Source: Bacteroidales bacterium (GTDB taxonomy: Bacteria; Bacteroidota; Bacteroidia; Bacteroidales; VadinHA17). From it: a stretch of 59,949 bases of DNA. Below are positions 17,296 through 26,963 of the stretch, in pieces. How positions within the stretch are numbered: the stretch's first letter is position 1; every line of letters begins with the position of its first letter. Below the pieces are notes generated by a model. The model was not told where the DNA came from. It worked only from the letters and a program-made list of their open reading frames with translations, and ran no database searches. The translations under genes and the position numbers were made by a program. Where the stretch lies: contig JAHYJA010000002.1 in NCBI GenBank assembly GCA_019429325.1, positions 1 to 59,949 of the forward strand, written 5' to 3'.

Positions 17296-20259
17296 ATGGA
17301 AGTAAATCCTGTCGTTTTGCGCTTAGATGCACTTAGTGAGACCCTTGAGGGCGACCTGAAGCACGATCTGATAACCCGCACTATATATTCAACCGACGCT
17401 TCACCTTATAAGGAGATGCCGTTTGCTGTTGCCTGGCCCCGGGGAGCATCCGACATAAAGAAGATCATTGCTTTTGCCATAAAAGAGGATATAAGTGTAA
17501 CTGTCAGGGCTGCAGGTACATCTCTTGCAGGTCAGGTAGTAGGTTCGGGGATTATCGTGGATATCTCGAGGTATATGAACAGGATTCTCGAGATAAACAG
17601 TGACGGAAAGTGGGCAAGAGTACAACCCGGGGTGGTCCTGGATGAGCTTAATATGGCTGTCAGAGAGCATGGACTATTTTTCGGGCCCGAAACGTCAACA
17701 TCCAGCAGGTGCAATATTGGCGGGATGGTCGGGAACAATGCCTGCGGAGCACACTCTCTTGTTTACGGATCCACAAGAGATCACACTATTGAGCTGAAAA
17801 CTATTCTCAGTGACGGGTCAGAAGCAACCTTCGGCCCGGTCGGCAGTGACGCCTTCAGCCGGAAATGCGGTCTGGCAACCCTCGAAGGGAAAATATACCG
17901 GAACATAAAGGAAATACTCGATAATCCGCTTAACCGTAAAAGCATCAGGGAAGAGTTTCCGCATCCTTCAATCCCAAGGAGAAATACCGGATATGCTCTT
18001 GATCTGCTCCTTGATTCTGAATTATTTGATGAAGAATCAGGCAAAGAATTCAATTTCTGCAAACTTCTTGCCGGATCGGAAGGAACCCTGGCCATAATCA
18101 CAGAAATTAAACTGAATCTGGTTCCGGTACCGCCACCCCATAAGGTACTTGTCTGTATTCACCTCAGAGACAGGAAAGAGGCCTTCAGGGCAAACCTTGT
18201 GGCTCTTAAATTCGGGCCGTCGGCTGTTGAGATGATGGATAACAGAATTCTTGAACTGGCAGCGGACAACCTCAGCCAGAGGAATAACAGGTTCTTTATT
18301 GACGGGGAACCAGGGGCTGTGGTAATAGTTGAATTTGTCCGGGAGAGCGCTGAGGAAACCGATAAGGTCGTCTCCGATATGATAAATGCGCTTAAGTCTG
18401 CCGGATACGGATACTCCTGGCCTGTCATAAAAGGCAGGGATATATCAAAGGTCTGGGACTTGCGAAAAGCAGGTCTGGGCGTTCTGACAAAAATGAAAGG
18501 TGATGCCAAGCCTGTTTCCCTCATTGAAGATACAGCCGTGAGGGTTGAGGAGCTTCCTGATTACATGGATGAATTTGAGAAAATGCTCTCAGCATACGGA
18601 AAAGAAGTTGTTTATCATGCACATATCGGGACCGGAGAACTGCACATGCGACCTGTTCTGAACCTTAAGGATCAGGGTGATACCGAACTATTCCGTACCC
18701 TTGGACTTGAAACGGCCAGGCTGGTCAAAAAATACAGGGGCTCGATGAGCGGAGAGCACGGGGACGGCAGGTTAAGGGGCGAATTCATTCCCGTAATTAT
18801 TGGTGAACACAATTACGAACTTCTCAGAAGCCTTAAAAAAGTGTGGGATCCGGCAGAAATCCTGAACCGGGGTAAGATAACCGATACAGGGAGGATGAAC
18901 ACTTTCCTAAGATATGTTCCGGGGGTAAAAACGCGGGAAATCGAAACAATCTATGATTTCACATCAACAGACGGGATCATAAGGGCCGCTGAACAGTGCA
19001 ACGGATCGGGAGATTGTCGCAAATCAGTTAAAATCGGAGGTACAATGTGTCCCAGTTTCATGGCCACCGGAATCGAGGAGTACAGTACGCGGGCGCGTGC
19101 AAATATCTTAAGGGAGTTTCTGAGCAGGGAGGATACCGACCCATGGGATCATCATGAGATTTATGAAATCCTTGATCTTTGCCTTAGCTGTAAAGGTTGT
19201 AAAGCAGAATGTCCTTCAGGTGTTGATATTACCAAGCTTAAATCGGAGTTCCTGCAACACTGGTACGACAAGCACGGCGTACCGCTACGGACAAGGCTGA
19301 TAGCCTATATATCAGTGCTTAACAGGCTGGGGGCATTAGCTCCGGCAATATTTAATTTCTTTGTACGGAACCCCCTTACATCCGCTTTAATAAAAAAGGT
19401 CACCGGTTTCGCTCAAAAACGTACTATACCTTTATTATATAAGACAACATTAAGAAAGTGGATAAAAAAAGAACTTGTAAAACTAAATCCGGTAAGCCCG
19501 GCAGGCTCGGTCGTGCTTTTCGTTGACGAGTTCACCGATTATAACGACACATACATTGGTATCACAGTCATAAAATTGCTGACGACCCTGAACTATAAGG
19601 TAATAATAACTGAACATGACGTCAGTGCCAGGACATTCATTTCAAAAGGCCTTATCAGAAAAGCAAAAAAAATCATAAGAAGAAATATTAATAATCTCGC
19701 AGGCCTGGTGACTCCTGATATTCCTCTTATCGGTATTGAACCATCCGCAATTCTCGGCTTCAGGGATGAGTATCCCGAACTGGCAGGAAATGACCTTAAG
19801 GAGAAGGCTGAAAGACTCTCCGCCAGCAGTTTTCTCATTGACGAATTCATTGCCGCCGAATTCCGGGCAGGAAGGATATCACGCGAATCGTTCACAGACG
19901 AAAAAAGAAAGATATTACTGCATGCACATTGTCAGCAAAAGGCAGTCGCCTCATCGGCATGCACCATTGAAATGCTATCCATCCCTTCCTGCTATTCGGT
20001 CAGTGAGATCCCTTCGGGGTGCTGCGGCATGGCCGGATCGTTCGGTTATGAAAAGGAACATTATGATCTGTCGGCCAGGGTTGGGGAACTGGTCCTTTTT
20101 CCGGAGATAAGGGAGAGTGAAGATGACACAATTATCGTTGCTCCCGGTACCAGTTGCAGGCACCATATCAGCGATGGTACGGGAAGAAAAGCCCTTCATC
20201 CCGCAGAGGTCCTTTACAATGCACTTAAGAATAACGGAATCAGATCAACGGGCGTATAA
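17296..20259 (+). CDS. YdiJ-like FAD-linked oxidase fused to 4Fe-4S and CCG (GlcF-like) domains
   Basis: 987 aa. N-terminal FAD_binding_4/GlcD-like region; two Cys clusters (CNGSGDCRK...CPS and CLSCKGCKAECPSG); C-terminal CCG-type motifs (HAHCQQKA, PSGCCGMAGSFG). Confidence 0.8.
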   Translation: MEVNPVVLRLDALSETLEGDLKHDLITRTIYSTDASPYKEMPFAVAWPRGASDIKKIIAFAIKEDISVTVRAAGTSLAGQVVGSGIIVDISRYMNRILEINSDGKWARVQPGVVLDELNMAVREHGLFFGPETSTSSRCNIGGMVGNNACGAHSLVYGSTRDHTIELKTILSDGSEATFGPVGSDAFSRKCGLATLEGKIYRNIKEILDNPLNRKSIREEFPHPSIPRRNTGYALDLLLDSELFDEESGKEFNFCKLLAGSEGTLAIITEIKLNLVPVPPPHKVLVCIHLRDRKEAFRANLVALKFGPSAVEMMDNRILELAADNLSQRNNRFFIDGEPGAVVIVEFVRESAEETDKVVSDMINALKSAGYGYSWPVIKGRDISKVWDLRKAGLGVLTKMKGDAKPVSLIEDTAVRVEELPDYMDEFEKMLSAYGKEVVYHAHIGTGELHMRPVLNLKDQGDTELFRTLGLETARLVKKYRGSMSGEHGDGRLRGEFIPVIIGEHNYELLRSLKKVWDPAEILNRGKITDTGRMNTFLRYVPGVKTREIETIYDFTSTDGIIRAAEQCNGSGDCRKSVKIGGTMCPSFMATGIEEYSTRARANILREFLSREDTDPWDHHEIYEILDLCLSCKGCKAECPSGVDITKLKSEFLQHWYDKHGVPLRTRLIAYISVLNRLGALAPAIFNFFVRNPLTSALIKKVTGFAQKRTIPLLYKTTLRKWIKKELVKLNPVSPAGSVVLFVDEFTDYNDTYIGITVIKLLTTLNYKVIITEHDVSARTFISKGLIRKAKKIIRRNINNLAGLVTPDIPLIGIEPSAILGFRDEYPELAGNDLKEKAERLSASSFLIDEFIAAEFRAGRISRESFTDEKRKILLHAHCQQKAVASSACTIEMLSIPSCYSVSEIPSGCCGMAGSFGYEKEHYDLSARVGELVLFPEIRESEDDTIIVAPGTSCRHHISDGTGRKALHPAEVLYNALKNNGIRSTGV

Positions 20260-21411
20260 TCAATTCCTTATTGAATTGTAATACTCGGTGAAGATCTCAT
20301 TGATAAGAGGTCTGTAATAAAGCCAGAAGAATCTCCTTGTGTCATCAGGCTTGTCTGAATAAAGTAATCCTTTAAGCTTTTCCACGCCAACGAATCTTGA
20401 TGTGCAGTACCAGACCGGGCTTGTGGCGAAATCTCCTGAAAAATAATAAGTTCTTCTGTCAACCGGATCAAGAATTGCAGCAGGAAACTCATTGTCAAGC
20501 ATATTATTAAAGAGGACGGTATCTCCAGCCGCCGTGGTTTCAAGCCTGAACTTCGAAATTACTTCATTCTCCAGAGGATCAATAATATCAAACCAGTTCC
20601 CGAAAGCAACGGAGGAAGGCACCCCGTATTTGTCGCATTGTTCCTGTTCGGTAATTATATAAGGTATGGGGTTGGTCAGGTGAGTCCCCTCTTCCAGAAC
20701 AATTATGTTCTTCTCTGTAAGGAGTACAACACCAGCCTTTGTAAAGGTCCACGGCTGCTTGTATTGTTTTCTGTACATTGCAGTCAGCCAGATAGGGAAA
20801 TCCCTGTCAAGGCTGTCGAGCTTCGGAAAATATTTTCCGGTCCATCCCGTAAACTGCAGTCCCAGTTTCTCCTGTGTTCTGTACGATTCGAACTGGGCGG
20901 TGGGGAAGTCAAAAGTATTGTATTCGAGTATGACCAGCTTGTTCTTCTCTTTCATCTCATTAATGAGAATGTAATCGTTATTGTTCAAACCGCCATAGAG
21001 CCTTCTTGACCTGCGGCTTTTATTGATCCCTGCATAAAAGTCGTTAAAAAAGACCCCATAGGTATCAGCTATATAAAGGGCATCACTCTTTTCGGGAAGA
21101 TCGATCATATCGGAAAGACGGTATTCCCTTTTTGTACTTCCCCTTTCCTTGAGAGGCCTTGTGGGAGAGAATCCGTAATAATCCTTTTTGTAGGAATAAC
21201 TGGTTTTATTGGTGTTTTTTACAAATCTGTTGTTTGTAAGTACCCATACAAATGATTTGTGCCTGATACGCTCCAGAGTGGGTACGGTTTTGTTAAGTAT
21301 TATTATGTCCAAAGGCTTTTTCTCCTGAAAAGTCCAGCGGATCAGATTAACTACAGGCAGGGCTACTAAAACTGCCAGAATAATAATTACTATTAACAGA
21401 GGCTTTTTCAT
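20260..21411 (-). CDS. membrane-anchored hypothetical protein
   Basis: A single N-terminal TM segment (KKPLLIVIIILAVLVALPVV) followed by a ~350-aa soluble domain with no motif I recognise. It is the longest ORF at the locus, with ordinary-looking composition. Confidence 0.55.
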   Translation of the reverse strand: MKKPLLIVIIILAVLVALPVVNLIRWTFQEKKPLDIIILNKTVPTLERIRHKSFVWVLTNNRFVKNTNKTSYSYKKDYYGFSPTRPLKERGSTKREYRLSDMIDLPEKSDALYIADTYGVFFNDFYAGINKSRRSRRLYGGLNNNDYILINEMKEKNKLVILEYNTFDFPTAQFESYRTQEKLGLQFTGWTGKYFPKLDSLDRDFPIWLTAMYRKQYKQPWTFTKAGVVLLTEKNIIVLEEGTHLTNPIPYIITEQEQCDKYGVPSSVAFGNWFDIIDPLENEVISKFRLETTAAGDTVLFNNMLDNEFPAAILDPVDRRTYYFSGDFATSPVWYCTSRFVGVEKLKGLLYSDKPDDTRRFFWLYYRPLINEIFTEYYNSIRN

Positions 21412-21719
21412 AACTGGATGAATATCTGAAATAATTCAAATACTTTAACAATAACCTTGATTACCAAGAATTTTATCAATAAATAAACTGTTAAAAGTAT
21501 TAATTTATTTTTTCAAATGAAACAAATTTACTTCAATTTACCAAAAAATTCTAATTTTCAAGCGATTGGGTATTAATAACCGCAAGCTGTATTATCACCT
21601 CTCGGGTCGGCTCCTGCCGCTTTTCTTCCATCCGGAAGGATCTGTATGGCATTTACCCTGCCGATGTAAAAAATAGTAACGGTGGAAGATCACATCTCCA
21701 AACGTGTCCGGTTTTTATG

Positions 21720-21727
21720 TAATTTTG
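21720..21727 (+). promoter_or_regulatory. TAnnTTTG -7 box upstream of rarA
   Basis: TAATTTTG, 16 nt upstream of ATG 21744. Confidence 0.3.
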
Positions 21728-21743
21728 GGCAAACATTTTCACC

Positions 21744-23054
21744 ATGCTGGCAAATCAGCCTCTTGCAGAAAGACTGCGGCCGAAAACCCTTGATGATTTC
21801 TGCGGACAGGACCATCTTGTCGGCAGCAACGCTGTTCTGAGAAAGGTTATTGAATCGGGAAATCTGCCTTCATTTATTTTGTGGGGACCTCCCGGAACAG
21901 GAAAAACAACACTTGCCTTAATAATTGCCCATACCCTTAAGAGGCCCTTTTTCCATCTCAGTGCGGTCCACTCGGGAGTGAAGGACGTGAGGGAGACGAT
22001 AGAGAAGGCAAAAAAACAACAATTCTTCAACCAGCCGAACCCGATACTCTTCATCGACGAGATTCACCGTTTCAACAAGTCTCAGCAGGATTCACTGCTG
22101 AGTGCTGTTGAGCAGGGGGTAATAACGCTGATCGGTGCAACAACGGAAAATCCTTCATTCGAGGTGATCTCCCCTCTCCTATCGAGATGCCAGGTCTATA
22201 TAATGAATCCGCTAAGTGAACAGGAACTTGCCGGGTTGCTGGACAGAGCACTTTCAAAAGATGCATACCTTTCACAATTCGAGATAGAAATCACTGAATA
22301 TGAAGCGTTCATCCGAATCTCAGGAGGCGACGCCAGAAAGCTCTATAATGCCCTTGAGCTTGTTGTTGCCTCTGAAGCAGATGAGAGTCTCGCGCAGAAG
22401 ATAAAGATCGATAATGACAAGGTTCTGAAACATGTCCAGAAGAACCTTGCACTCTATGATAAGAACGGAGAACAGCATTATGACATCATTTCCGCGTTCA
22501 TCAAATCACTCAGGGGCAGTGATCCCAATGCATCAGTTTATTGGCTCGCCAGGATGGTCGAGGGTGGTGAGGACCCTAAGTTCATCGCCAGACGCATGCT
22601 GATCCTGGCTGCCGAAGACATCGGCATTGCCAACCCGAATGCGCTTCTTCTTGCCCAGGCATGCTTCGAGGCTGTCAATGTTACAGGCTGGCCGGAATCC
22701 AGAATAATACTATCCGAAACAGCTGTATATCTTGCGTTGTCCCCAAAGAGCAATTCATCCTACCTGGCAATTGAGAACGCCATTGAAGTGGTAAGAGAGA
22801 CCGGCGATCTGCCTGTGCCTCTTAACATCAGGAATGCTCCCACCAGGCTCATGAAGGATCTTGAGTATGGCAAGGGGTATAAATATGCCCACAGCTATGA
22901 CGGCAATTTTGTTGCTGACAATTTCCTTCCCGGGAAAATCCAGGGCAGGATTTTCTTTGAACCCGGGGCAAATCCAAAGGAAGATGAGATAAGGAAGAAG
23001 CTGGCAGGCATGTGGAAAGGTGTTTATAAATATAATAAGGACCAAACCATTTGA
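21744..23054 (+). CDS. rarA: replication-associated recombination protein A (AAA+ ATPase)
   Basis: PLAERLRPKTLDDFCGQDHL, Walker A GPPGTGKTT, FIDEIHRFNK, and a C-terminal MgsA domain (ARRMLILAAEDIG). Confidence 0.9.
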   Translation: MLANQPLAERLRPKTLDDFCGQDHLVGSNAVLRKVIESGNLPSFILWGPPGTGKTTLALIIAHTLKRPFFHLSAVHSGVKDVRETIEKAKKQQFFNQPNPILFIDEIHRFNKSQQDSLLSAVEQGVITLIGATTENPSFEVISPLLSRCQVYIMNPLSEQELAGLLDRALSKDAYLSQFEIEITEYEAFIRISGGDARKLYNALELVVASEADESLAQKIKIDNDKVLKHVQKNLALYDKNGEQHYDIISAFIKSLRGSDPNASVYWLARMVEGGEDPKFIARRMLILAAEDIGIANPNALLLAQACFEAVNVTGWPESRIILSETAVYLALSPKSNSSYLAIENAIEVVRETGDLPVPLNIRNAPTRLMKDLEYGKGYKYAHSYDGNFVADNFLPGKIQGRIFFEPGANPKEDEIRKKLAGMWKGVYKYNKDQTI

Positions 23055-23083
23055 ATTGACAATTTTGTTATTTTTACAGGTCA

Positions 23084-23911
23084 ATGAACACCAATGGAAT
23101 AAATATCCCCGGGCTAAAATTCCGGGAGTCTGGCAATTTCCTTCTCATCGCAGGCCCGTGTGTGGTTGAAAGTGAGGATACAGTTTTCACGACAGCTGAT
23201 AGAATATATCAACTGTCTGAAAAATATGAGATACCTTTTATCTTCAAGGCGTCCTACAGGAAGGCAAACCGTTCGCATGCCGGATCTTTTACAGGCATAG
23301 GTGATAAAAAAGCCCTCGGGATCCTTGGGAGAATCAGGAATCACTATTCTGTTCCTGTAATTACAGATATTCATAATCCCGGAGAGGCCGCGTTAGCTGC
23401 AGAATATACTGACATCCTGCAGATACCGGCTTTCCTGTGCCGGCAATCCGACCTTCTTGTTGCAGCTGCAATGACCGGCAAATGGGTTAACATAAAGAAG
23501 GGCCAGTTTTTGTCAGGATCATCAATGAGATTTGCGGTGGATAAGGTGAGAAATTCCGGTAATAATAATATTATGGTGACTGAAAGGGGCAACATGTTCG
23601 GTTACCAGGACCTGGTTGTGGATTTCAGGAACATCCCTGCGATGCAGGACATCGGGGTACCTGTAATAGTGGACATCACCCATTCACTTCAGCAGCCAAA
23701 CCAGGAAACAGGCATCTCGGGCGGGAAACCGGAACTGATTGAGACATTGGGCAAAGCCGCGATCAGCGTTGGTGCTGACGGAATTTTTATTGAGACTCAT
23801 CCCGACCCTGCTTCGGCTAAATCGGACGGGGCCAATATGCTTAAACTTGATAAACTTGAAGATCTTCTGATAAAATTATCTGCTTTACGAAAAACTATCA
23901 ATTCATTTTAA
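23084..23911 (+). CDS. kdsA: 3-deoxy-8-phosphooctulonate synthase
   Basis: LIAGPCVVES, FKASYRKANRS, LQIPAFLCRQSDL and VDITHSLQQP motifs. Confidence 0.9.
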   Translation: MNTNGINIPGLKFRESGNFLLIAGPCVVESEDTVFTTADRIYQLSEKYEIPFIFKASYRKANRSHAGSFTGIGDKKALGILGRIRNHYSVPVITDIHNPGEAALAAEYTDILQIPAFLCRQSDLLVAAAMTGKWVNIKKGQFLSGSSMRFAVDKVRNSGNNNIMVTERGNMFGYQDLVVDFRNIPAMQDIGVPVIVDITHSLQQPNQETGISGGKPELIETLGKAAISVGADGIFIETHPDPASAKSDGANMLKLDKLEDLLIKLSALRKTINSF

Positions 23912-23956
23912 AAATTACAACTAACCTTATTTTAATAACATTTAAAAACAAAGTGT

Positions 23957-24664
23957 ATGAAAAAACTATTTCTGGTTATGGCAGGACTATTGGCAGCCAC
24001 TGTCATTCAATCCCAGTCGCTGGAAGAGATCGTTAAAAAGTATTCCGATGCCAACGGACTCGATAATCTTAAAAATGTTACAACTATCAGGATCACAGGA
24101 AAGATGTCCACAATGGGTATGGAAATGCCGCTGGAAATGTTTATGAAAAATCCTGACAAGATAAAAATGGTATACAGTTTCAGCGGGCAGAACATGGTAA
24201 CGGTTTTTGACGGGGAAAAAGGGTATATGGTGAATCCTCTGATGGGTTCAAGCGAACCGGTGGCCCTCACCCCGGAACAGACAAGGCAGATACAGGATAA
24301 CAACGCCTTCAGGAACCAGCTGGTTGAATATCTCAGCAACGGAAAACTGACGCTTGAGGGTGAAGAGGCAGTTGCCGGGAAGCCCGCCTGGAAGCTGAAA
24401 GCACTGGTCGACGGTGCGGACCCGGTATACATGTTTGTCGATAAGGCAAGCTATTATATTGTCAAATCTGCGACTACCGTTAATCAGATGGGAAATACCA
24501 TGAATGTGGAGACTCTGATGTCTGATTATACAAACACCAACGGAGTTGTACTGCCAAAGAAAACTACAACCATTGCAAATGGCATGGAGGCGGCATCTGT
24601 TACTTTTGAAAAAGTAGAAGTAAATGTGCCCATTGAGGACTCCGTGTTCACAATAAAATTGTAA
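23957..24664 (+). CDS. secreted LolA-fold-like (outer-membrane lipoprotein-sorting-like) protein
   Basis: Signal peptide MKKLFLVMAGLLAATVIQSQS, and all-beta composition resembling LolA/LppX-fold proteins. Confidence 0.55.
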   Translation: MKKLFLVMAGLLAATVIQSQSLEEIVKKYSDANGLDNLKNVTTIRITGKMSTMGMEMPLEMFMKNPDKIKMVYSFSGQNMVTVFDGEKGYMVNPLMGSSEPVALTPEQTRQIQDNNAFRNQLVEYLSNGKLTLEGEEAVAGKPAWKLKALVDGADPVYMFVDKASYYIVKSATTVNQMGNTMNVETLMSDYTNTNGVVLPKKTTTIANGMEAASVTFEKVEVNVPIEDSVFTIKL

Positions 24665-24683
24665 CTGTACCAATAAAACTGAA

Positions 24684-24712
24684 GCAGGGACATTGAAATT
24701 CAATGCCCCTGC
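24684..24712 (-). terminator. hairpin terminator immediately 3' of rnpB
   Basis: 13-bp stem (GCAGGGACATTGA / TCAATGCCCCTGC) with a 3-nt loop. The single mismatch becomes a G-U pair only on the minus strand, where it is followed by TTCAGTTTTATT. Confidence 0.55.
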
Positions 24713-24713
24713 T

Positions 24714-25106
24714 GTGTGCAGCTGGCCTGTAAGCCGGATTCTGTCCCGGTCCTGTTATCTGCAAAAGAAGTTAAGACCGGTTTTCATCATTTATCTTGTC
24801 ACGATATCGCTATCGCGATCATACGACCCACCCCCCGGCATCGGACGAGCAATCCTTTCAGGCCGGTATACATGGTCTTTCAACCCATAAGGTGTACGGC
24901 TTCCCGTGTTGCCACAGGAACCGGTGAGCTCTTACCTCACCTTTTCACCCTTATCCCGACGGATCGGGACGGTTATTTTCTGTTACACTACTATACCCTC
25001 GCGGATATCTTCCCGTTAGGAAGCATGGTGCTCTGTGTTGTCCGGACTTTCCTTTCCGGTATTCCGGCTGAGCCGGCCCGGAACGATGAAACGTCCAGCT
25101 GCACTG
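24714..25106 (-). ncRNA. rnpB: RNase P RNA, bacterial type A
   Basis: The minus strand reads ...GGAAAGGAAAGUCCGGACAACA... (CR-I), ...AAGGGUGAAAAGGUGAGGUAAGAGCUCACC... and ...GGGACAGAAUCCGGCUUACAGG... (CR-V). The P1 stem is formed by GUGCAGCUGG (25104-25095) and CCAGCUGCAC (24725-24716). Ends are approximate to within a few nt. Confidence 0.88.
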
Positions 25107-25143
25107 CAAAGTTAGTAAATTAAGGAATAACTGAAAAATTGGC

Positions 25144-25151
25144 TATTTTTG
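25144..25151 (+). promoter_or_regulatory. TAnnTTTG -7 box upstream of queA
   Basis: TATTTTTG, 13 nt upstream of ATG 25165. Confidence 0.3.
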
Positions 25152-25164
25152 CCAGCAAGTGAAA

Positions 25165-26394
25165 ATGAAAACGATTGAGACACTTGCAGGTCAGATCAGC
25201 ATAGCAGATCATGTTTATGACCTGCCCGAAGACAGGATAGCCCAATTTCCTGAAAAAGAAAGAGATAATTCAAAATTACTCTATTCCAGGGGAGATCTGG
25301 TCAGTGATGACATATTCCGGAATATTGCCAATTACATTCCCCGGAATTCACTTCTTGTTTTCAACAATACCAGGGTAATAAGGGCGAGAATTCTCTTCCG
25401 GAAGGAGACTGGAGCCTCAATTGAAGTTTTTTGCATCGAACCTCTCGATCCGGGCGAATATGAACTCTCGTTCAGTTCAACGAAGCCTGTCGTATGGAAA
25501 TGTATCGTCGGCAACCTTAAAAAATGGAAAAGCGGAAGCCTGAAGAAGAGAATTCTTTCCGGAGGCAAGGAGAATGAGGTAATTGCTGAAAAAGCCGGAC
25601 CAGACGGAGAAACGATAAATGTTAGATTCATCTGGGACAATCCGGGACTTAATTTTGGTGAAATAATTGAAAAAGCGGGCCGCCTGCCTCTGCCCCCTTA
25701 TATTAAAAGAGAAGACGATGGCAATGATGCAGTCTCCTACCAGACTCTCTATTCGAGGTTTAACGGTTCTGTGGCAGCGCCAACAGCCGGACTGCATTTT
25801 ACCGGTGAGGTCCTTGAGAGGATCAGAAGAAAAGGCATCAGGAGTGCGGAACTGACTCTCCATATAGGCGCCGGAACCTTTAAACCTGTAAAGACCGGTA
25901 ATGTTCTCGGGCATGAAATGCACACTGAACACTTCATTATCGACAGAAACACCATTGAAACGATCCGGACTTTCCGGAACACCATCCTTTCGGTCGGAAC
26001 TACCTCGGTCAGGACACTTGAAAGCCTTTACTGGCTGGGAGTTAAAACCATCACCGGCAGGCTGCCGGGAGAGCTTGCACGAACACTTGACCAGTGGGAA
26101 TCATACGATGTCATCGATAACATAACTACTGATGAATCACTTACGGCATTGATTGAAGCGATGGACAGTAAAGGTGAAAAGTATCTTCATGCCTCCACCC
26201 GGTTGATGATCATACCAGGTTATGATTTCCGTATGATCAGCGGATTGATCACAAATTTCCATCAGCCGGGAAGTACCCTTCTGCTTTTGGTATCGGCCTT
26301 CACAGGGAAGAAATGGAAAAGGATCTACGATTATGCACTCAGAAATGGCTTCAGGTTCCTCAGCTATGGAGACGCATCACTTATTTTAAAATAA
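25165..26394 (+). CDS. queA: S-adenosylmethionine:tRNA ribosyltransferase-isomerase
   Basis: YDLPEDRIAQFP, LPLPPYI, YQTLYSRFNGSVAAPTAGLHF and TNFHQPGSTLLLLVSAF motifs. ATG 25165 preferred over GTG 25159. Confidence 0.9.
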   Translation: MKTIETLAGQISIADHVYDLPEDRIAQFPEKERDNSKLLYSRGDLVSDDIFRNIANYIPRNSLLVFNNTRVIRARILFRKETGASIEVFCIEPLDPGEYELSFSSTKPVVWKCIVGNLKKWKSGSLKKRILSGGKENEVIAEKAGPDGETINVRFIWDNPGLNFGEIIEKAGRLPLPPYIKREDDGNDAVSYQTLYSRFNGSVAAPTAGLHFTGEVLERIRRKGIRSAELTLHIGAGTFKPVKTGNVLGHEMHTEHFIIDRNTIETIRTFRNTILSVGTTSVRTLESLYWLGVKTITGRLPGELARTLDQWESYDVIDNITTDESLTALIEAMDSKGEKYLHASTRLMIIPGYDFRMISGLITNFHQPGSTLLLLVSAFTGKKWKRIYDYALRNGFRFLSYGDASLILK

Positions 26395-26570
26395 TATGCA
26401 CGGGGCAGGTTTCTGTCTTACGGGCGGACATTTTTGGACAAATATTCACAACATCAAACACCTGGAAATCTTATACTAATATTTTTTATTTAATTTTGTA
26501 GTCAGAGTACATATTTTTTTCTTGATTGCGTAATGATTTTTTTGTTTATTTGGCACTTTAAAATATTCTG

Positions 26571-26801
26571 ATGGAAACTAACAGACTATTGAGACAGATG
26601 GGGGCAGTTTTTGGGGTGTTCATGACGTTCTTCTATGTCGGGATAGGAATCTATCTGGCCTTCTTCTTTGACATGAGCACACTTGATAAAACCGTTCTGG
26701 TCATAATGGGTGTAGCTTTTATTATTATGGGAATATACCGGGCTTTCCGGAGTTATCAGAAGATTGTTGAAGCTTTTTTTACACATGATCCTGATGAGTA
26801 A
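26571..26801 (+). CDS. small two-TM membrane protein (hypothetical)
   Basis: 76 aa with two clear hydrophobic helices (AVFGVFMTFFYVGIGIYLAFFF; VLVIMGVAFIIMGIY). No homology recognised. Confidence 0.4.
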   Translation: METNRLLRQMGAVFGVFMTFFYVGIGIYLAFFFDMSTLDKTVLVIMGVAFIIMGIYRAFRSYQKIVEAFFTHDPDE

Positions 26802-26963
26802 CGAATTATCATGCTCTCCGGATAGGGACAAGAGTGGCACAGGCTTTGCAGAGACATTTCAGGAAATAATTGCTTTACTAACGGAAAAGTTTCTATGAGC
26901 AAATTATCAGATATACAAAATTTTATTAAGTTTGCCTGCCAAATCTCTCTTTTGGGGATCACT

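Noticed and set aside
21618-21650. Possible SRP (4.5S) RNA because of UCC-GGAA-GGA, which resembles the helix 8 GGAA tetraloop
   Set aside because: The highly conserved 3' side of the SRP54-binding loop (GGAAGCAGCC) is absent; the sequence reads GGAUCUGUAUGG. No extended helix 5/8 pairing could be drawn.
24693-25123. Two + strand ORFs (65 and 135 aa) between the LolA-like gene and queA
   Set aside because: The region is rnpB on the opposite strand. The ORF translations are Pro/Arg/Cys-rich with no protein-like features.
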